NCBI GenBank assembly: GCA_963844035.1
Contig: CAWJMT010000003.1
Coordinates: 1 to 64,000 of the forward strand
Direction of reading: 5' to 3'
Origin: an uncultured Gemmatimonadales bacterium
Lineage (GTDB): Bacteria > Gemmatimonadota > Gemmatimonadetes > Gemmatimonadales > GWC2-71-9
Length of the DNA stretch: 64,000 nucleotides
The notes under the pieces were generated by a model. It worked only from the letters and a program-made list of their open reading frames with translations. It ran no database searches and had not been told where the DNA came from. Below, in pieces: positions 59,077 through 64,000 of this stretch (its first letter is position 1; the number at the start of each line of letters is the position of its first letter). The position numbers and the translations under genes are program-made.

Positions 59077-61006
59077 ATGGCGAAGCTCCCGGTCGCGGCT
59101 TCACGGTGATCGAGGGCGCGTTGCTGCTCGGCCTGATCGCGCTCGTCGGACGGGCGGCGTAGGTGCAGCTCATCCAGGGCAACCGCTGGTCCACCGAAGC
59201 GCGCGTGCAGCGCACCGACCAGATCGTGCTCGCGGCGCGGCGCGGCGCACTCTCCGACCGGCACGGGAAGCCGCTCGCGCTCACGCAGGAGACCTATCAC
59301 GTCGGCGTGGCGCCCAAGGAGGTGCGCGATCCCGAGCGCGATGCGGAGATGCTCGCCCGCCAGCTCCGTGGGCCCCTCACCGACATCCGGGTCGCGCTCC
59401 GCAAGCGCTACGCGTACTTCGCGGGCCCGTTCACCACGGTGCAGGTGCGGCCGCTGCGCGCGCTGCGCGGCGTGTACCTGGAGCCGGTCGTGAAGCGCTT
59501 CTACCCGCAGCCGGACCTCGGCGCGCGGTCATCGGCCGGGTGGAGGACGACGGGCACGGCGCCACCGGCCTCGAGCGGGCGCTCGACACGCTCCTCGCCG
59601 GGCAGCCCGGCACCGCGGTGATGCTCGGACCGCGACGGGCGGGAATACCTGTCTCCCGGCCCGCGTCGTCAGGACCCCGGACCCGGGCGCCGACGTCTAC
59701 CTCACGCTCGACGCCGACCTGCAGGAGATCGCCGAGCGCGCGCTGGCCGACGCGGTGCAGCGACGCAGGCCGACGGCGGCGACGTCGTGATCCTCCAGCC
59801 GGAGACGGGCGAGGTGCTGGCGCTCGCGCGCGGCGCCGCCGGGGTGGCGCGGCCCGGCCCGTGAGCGACACGTTCGAGCCGGGCTCGACGGCCAAGGTGT
59901 TCACCGCGGCGGCGCTGCTGGCGCGGGAGCGCGCAACCCGACGAGCGCGTGTCGGGCGAAGGCGGCCGCTACCGGCTCGGCAAGCGGACCATCGCGACGA
60001 CGACCCGCCGGCGTCGCTCACGCTCGCCGACGTGATCCGGGTCTCGAGCAACATCGGCATCGCGAAGTTCGGCCCGCGCCTCAGCAACGTCGAGCTGTAC
60101 GAGGCGTTCCGGGACTTCGGCTTCGGCTCGATGACGGGGGTGGACCTGCCGGCGGAGGCGGCGGGGCGGTTGCGGCAATCCGCGGGGGTGGACGGACGAG
60201 AGCGCGGCGAGCCTCGCGATGGGCTACGAGCTGGCGGTGACGCCGCTGCAGCTGGCCGCCGCCTACGGGGCGCTGGCCAACGGCGGCGTGCTGCTCGAGC
60301 CGACGCTGGTGCGCGAGGTGCGCGGGCCCGACGGCGCGGTGGCCTGGCGCGCGACGCCGCGGCCGGTCCGGCGCGCGGTCCCGCGGACCGTCGCGTCGCA
60401 GCTGGTGCACATGATGACGGGTGTGGTGGAGGAGGGCACGGCGCGGCGGGCGGCGCTGGGCACGTACAACGTGGCGGGCAAGACCGGCACGGCGCGGCGC
60501 AACGTCGGCGGCCACTATCTTGAGGGGCACTACTGGGCCAGCTTCGTGGGGCTGTTCCCGGCCGACGACCCGCAGCTGGTGCTGGTGGTGAAGATCGACG
60601 ACCCGCAGGGCGAGTACTTCGGCGGGACCACGGCGGCGCCGGTGGTGCGCACGATCCTCGAGGCGGCCCTGGCGACGCCGGCGGTGGCGCTCGATCGCGG
60701 GCGGCTGACGCGGCGCCGCGCTCCCGACGCGGCGGCGCCGGCGGCGGCGCCGGCGGACGGCGCGCCGATCGTGGTGGCGTGGCCGCCGGCCGCCGCGCCG
60801 ACTCGACGCGGCGCCCCCGGGCGGGCCGTGCCGGACGTCGACGGGCCTCGGGCTGCGGGCGGCGGCGCGGACGCTGCACCGGAGCGGGTTCGAGGTGCGG
60901 ATCGAAGGGTGGGGACGCGTGATCTCCACGACCCCGGCGGCGGGCGCGAGCGCGCGCCGGGGCACGACGATCGTCAGTCCATGCGGAGCGGCGGGATGCG
61001 GGCTGA
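59077..61006 (+). CDS. ftsI: Penicillin-binding protein FtsI with C-terminal PASTA-like domain (indels; internal TAG at 59160)
   Basis: RRGALSDRHG, FEPGSTAK (SxxK), SSNIG (SxN), AGKTGTA (KTG), GG..AAP, VPDV.G. Confidence 0.9.
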
Positions 61007-62466
61007 GGCGCTAGGGAACGGCTGGCGGGCGCCGGCCTCCTGGAGCGGTGGCCGGACGGCGTCGTGGTCCCCGAGTCGCGGGCGGTCACCACCGACAGTC
61101 GTCGCGTGACGCCGGGCGCGCTCTTCGCCGCCTATCCGCGGCGCGGCGAGCGACGGGCACCGGCTCGCCGCCGCCGCGGTGCGGGGCGGGGCGGTGGCCG
61201 CGATGGTGAGCGCGCGCTGCCGGACGCTCGGGGTGCCCCAGATCGTGGTGCGCGACGGCCGGCCGCGCCGCGGCGGCGCCGCCGCCCTCTGCCACGGCGA
61301 CCCGGCCGACCGCCGCTCGAGCTGCTCGCCGTGACCGGGACCAACGGCAAGACGACGACGGTCGCGCTGCTCCGCCACCTCTCGGCGACACGGCGCCGGC
61401 GGGGTCCATCGGCACCCTCGGGCGCCATCGACGGGGCCGGGCACGTGCTGCCGGGCACGGCGGCTCCCTCACGACGCCGGGGCCGGTCGAGCTGCAGGCG
61501 GCGCTCGCGGCGCTGCGCGACGGCGGCGTGCGCACGGTGGCGATGGAGACCTCGTCGCACGCCCTCGACCAGGACCGCGTCGCCGGCCTCCGCGTTCCGC
61601 GCGGCGGTGTTCACCAACCTCACGCGCGACCACCTCGACTATCACGGCGACGAGGCACGTACCTGGCGGCGAAGCTGAAGCTGCATCGTACCTCGCGCCG
61701 GACGGCGTCGCGGTCAGCAACGCCGCGGACCCGGCGTGGCGCGCCCTGGCGCCGCGGCCGGGGAACCTCACCTTCGGCGTCGAGGTGGACGCCGACGTCA
61801 CGGCCCGCGACGTGGAGGGCGACGCGACCGGGATGCGCTTCACGCTGGGCTTCCGCGGCGGCCGCGTTCCCGGTGGCCCTGCCGCTCCTCGGCCGCTTCA
61901 ACGTCGAGAACGCCCTCGGCGCCGCGGCGGCGGCCCTCGCGCTCGGGCGGCCGCCGCGCACGTGGCGGAGCAGCTCGGCGCGGCGCCGCAGGTCCCCGGC
62001 CGGATGGAGCGCCTCACCGACACGCCGTGCGTCGTGCTGCGGGACTACGCCCACACCCCCGACGCGCTCGAGCGCGCGCTGGCGGCGCTCCGGCCGCTCA
62101 CCCGGGGGCGCCTCATCGTGGTGTTCGGCGCCGGCGGCGACCGCGACCGCGGCAAGCGGCCGGTGATGGGCGGCATCGCCGTGCGCGACGCCGACCTGCC
62201 GATCGTGACGTCCGACAATCCGCGCACCGAGGACCCGGAGCGCATCCTCGACGACATCGAGGCGGGGATGGGGGACGCGGCCCGCACCTGCGCATCGTGG
62301 ACCGCACCGTCGCCATCGCCCGCGCCGTCGAGCATCGCGCGGCCGGACGACACGGTGCTCCTCGCGGGGAAGGGCCACGAGACCTACCAGGTGGTGGGCA
62401 CGGAGAAGCTGCCGCTCGACGAGCGGGTGATCGTGCAGGGGGATCGTCGGGGGCGGGACGGCGTGA
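60996..62466 (+). CDS. murE: UDP-MurNAc-dipeptide:meso-DAP ligase (indels)
   Basis: [64 protein letters not shown]. Confidence 0.93.
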
Positions 62467-63780
62467 CGCCCAGTGGTCCGGTGCGGGCCGGTGGCGGCCG
62501 ACGCGCTCGGCCCCCCGCGCGGCGCCCGCGACCGCGGCTACGCCGGCGTGTGCACCGACACCCGCGCGCGGGCCGGGCGATCTGTACGTCGCGCTCGGGG
62601 CGAGCGGTTCGACGGCCACGACTTCCTCGGAGACGCGCGCGCGCCGGGGCGGGGCGGTCGTCCGCCACCACACGCCGGCGTGGCCGGCTGACGTGGTTCG
62701 AGGTCGACGACACGCTCGTGGCGTACGGCCGCCTGGCGCGGGCGCGGCGCGCGATGCCTTCGGGCGCCCGTGGTCGCGGTGACCGGCACCAACGGCAAGA
62801 CCAGCACCAAGGAGCTCGGCGGCCGCGGCCGCGGCGCGCTGCGCGTGCACCACGGCGGCCAGAACCTCAACAACCTCGTCGGCGTGCCGCGGACGCTCCT
62901 GGGCGCGCCGGAGGACAGCGGCGTGGTGTCGAGTGCGGCGCCAACCAGCGCGGCGAGCTGGCGCAGATGCGGGAGATGGTGCGCCCACGTCGTCGTCGTC
63001 ACCAACGTGGGCGACGCGCACCTCGAGGGGTTCGGCGCGCTCGAGCCGGTGCTGCAGGAGAAGCTGTCGCTCGTCCCGGGGGCGCCGCTGGCGGTCGTCG
63101 GCCCGGCCCGCCGCTCTGGCCGACGCCGCGCCGCCGCGCCCGGCGCTCGTAGCGCGGGACCGACCCCGCGGCGACTGCACCCCGAAGACGTCGGCTGGTC
63201 GACGCCGGGCGCCGCGTTCCGTGGGGGGGGTCGCGGTCGCGCTCCCGGTGCCGGGACGCCACCAGGTGGTGAACGCCGCGTCGCCCTCGCCGTCGCGCGC
63301 GAGGCGGGCGCTGACGCCGCCCGCGCGCTCGCGGCGCGGGCGTGCGCTGCCGCCGGGGCCGGCGGCGTGTCGACGGTGCGCGGGCTCACCGTGCTCGACG
63401 ACACCTACAACGCCAATCCCGCCTCGATGGCGGGGCGGCGGCTCGAGCAGCTGCAGGCGGCGCGCCGGCGCCGCCGCACGCGGTCGTCGTCGGCACGATG
63501 CGCGAGTTGGGACCGCGAGTGGCCGATTCCACGCGGCTGGCGGAGCGGATCCTGGCGCTGCGGCCGGACGTCGTCGCGGCGGTCGGGGACTTCGCCCCGG
63601 CGTTCGCCGGGTTGGCCGGCCGGCAGCGGGGGCGCGCTGGTGACGGGCCCGACGCCGCGGCCTGGCCCCGGCTCGGGAGGCGCTGCGGGGCGACGATCGC
63701 GCTCTTCAAGGCGTCGCGCGGTGCGGCGCTCGAGCAGCTTTCCCCCTTCTGGCTGGCCCTCCGGGGGCGAGGCGCACTAG
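62463..63780 (+). CDS. murF: UDP-MurNAc-tripeptide:D-Ala-D-Ala ligase (many indels)
   Basis: [56 protein letters not shown]. Confidence 0.9.
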
Positions 63781-64000
63781 TGCTCTTCTGGCTGCTCTGG
63801 CCGCACGCGCGGCACACCGTCTTCAACCTGGTCAGCTACATCTCGTTCCGCGCGGCGGCGGCATGGTCACGGCGCTGCTCATCGCCTTCGTCTGGGCCCC
63901 GATCATCGGGCGGCTGCGGGCCCACAAGGTCGGCCAGATCGTGCGGGCCGACGGACCGGCCACCCACCTGGGCAAGCGCGGCACGCCGACCATGGGCGGG
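63780..64000 (+). CDS. mraY: Phospho-N-acetylmuramoyl-pentapeptide transferase (3' truncated)
   Basis: [11 protein letters not shown]...[20 protein letters not shown]. Confidence 0.92.
   Translation, partial: MLFWLLWPHARHTVFNLVSYISFRAAAAWSRRCSSPSSGPRSSGGCGPTRSARSCGPTDRPPTWASAARRPWA

Noticed and set aside
59160..59162. In-frame TAG in ftsI (also TAG near 34814 in ileS and TGA near 27641 in ftsH) as stop-codon recoding
   Set aside because: TAG and TGA terminate many clean genes here, no pyl/sel machinery is present, and the sites lie in error-rich sequence.

Overview
GC-rich bacterial chromosome segment, nearly all on the + strand. Gene content and order suggest Gemmatimonadota (inference). 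From about 26 kb onward almost every gene, including essential ones, carries several 1-2 nt indels. This looks like uncorrected long-read error, so proteins there were reconstructed by eye across frames. Order: thrS 3' end; thiolase/CPBP/hbd/acyl-CoA dehydrogenase; rpiB-glyA; hsp20-lon-Minf_1886-AmmeMemo B-nnr-propeller-thiL-plsC-eno-ftsB; an accessory islet around tRNA-Met (17-24 kb); tilS-hpt-ftsH-folP-cdaA; yggS-divIVA-pnp-ileS-dksA-lspA-rluD; a ~17.3 kb signalling operon (37.3-54.6 kb); tRNA-Val and tRNA-Asp; start of the dcw cluster (rsmH-ftsL-ftsI-murE-murF-mraY, no adjacent mraZ). The best candidate for an undescribed system is the 37-55 kb operon. It is a chemosensory gene set with no receptor gene (CheW-Y-A-C ... 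CheR-D-B-W-W). Between its two halves lie an MglA GTPase with three roadblock proteins, two DUF4388+TPR proteins carrying MshEN-like c-di-GMP motifs, a large TPR protein, and a protein made of two tandem DnaA-type AAA+ domains with no DNA-binding domain.
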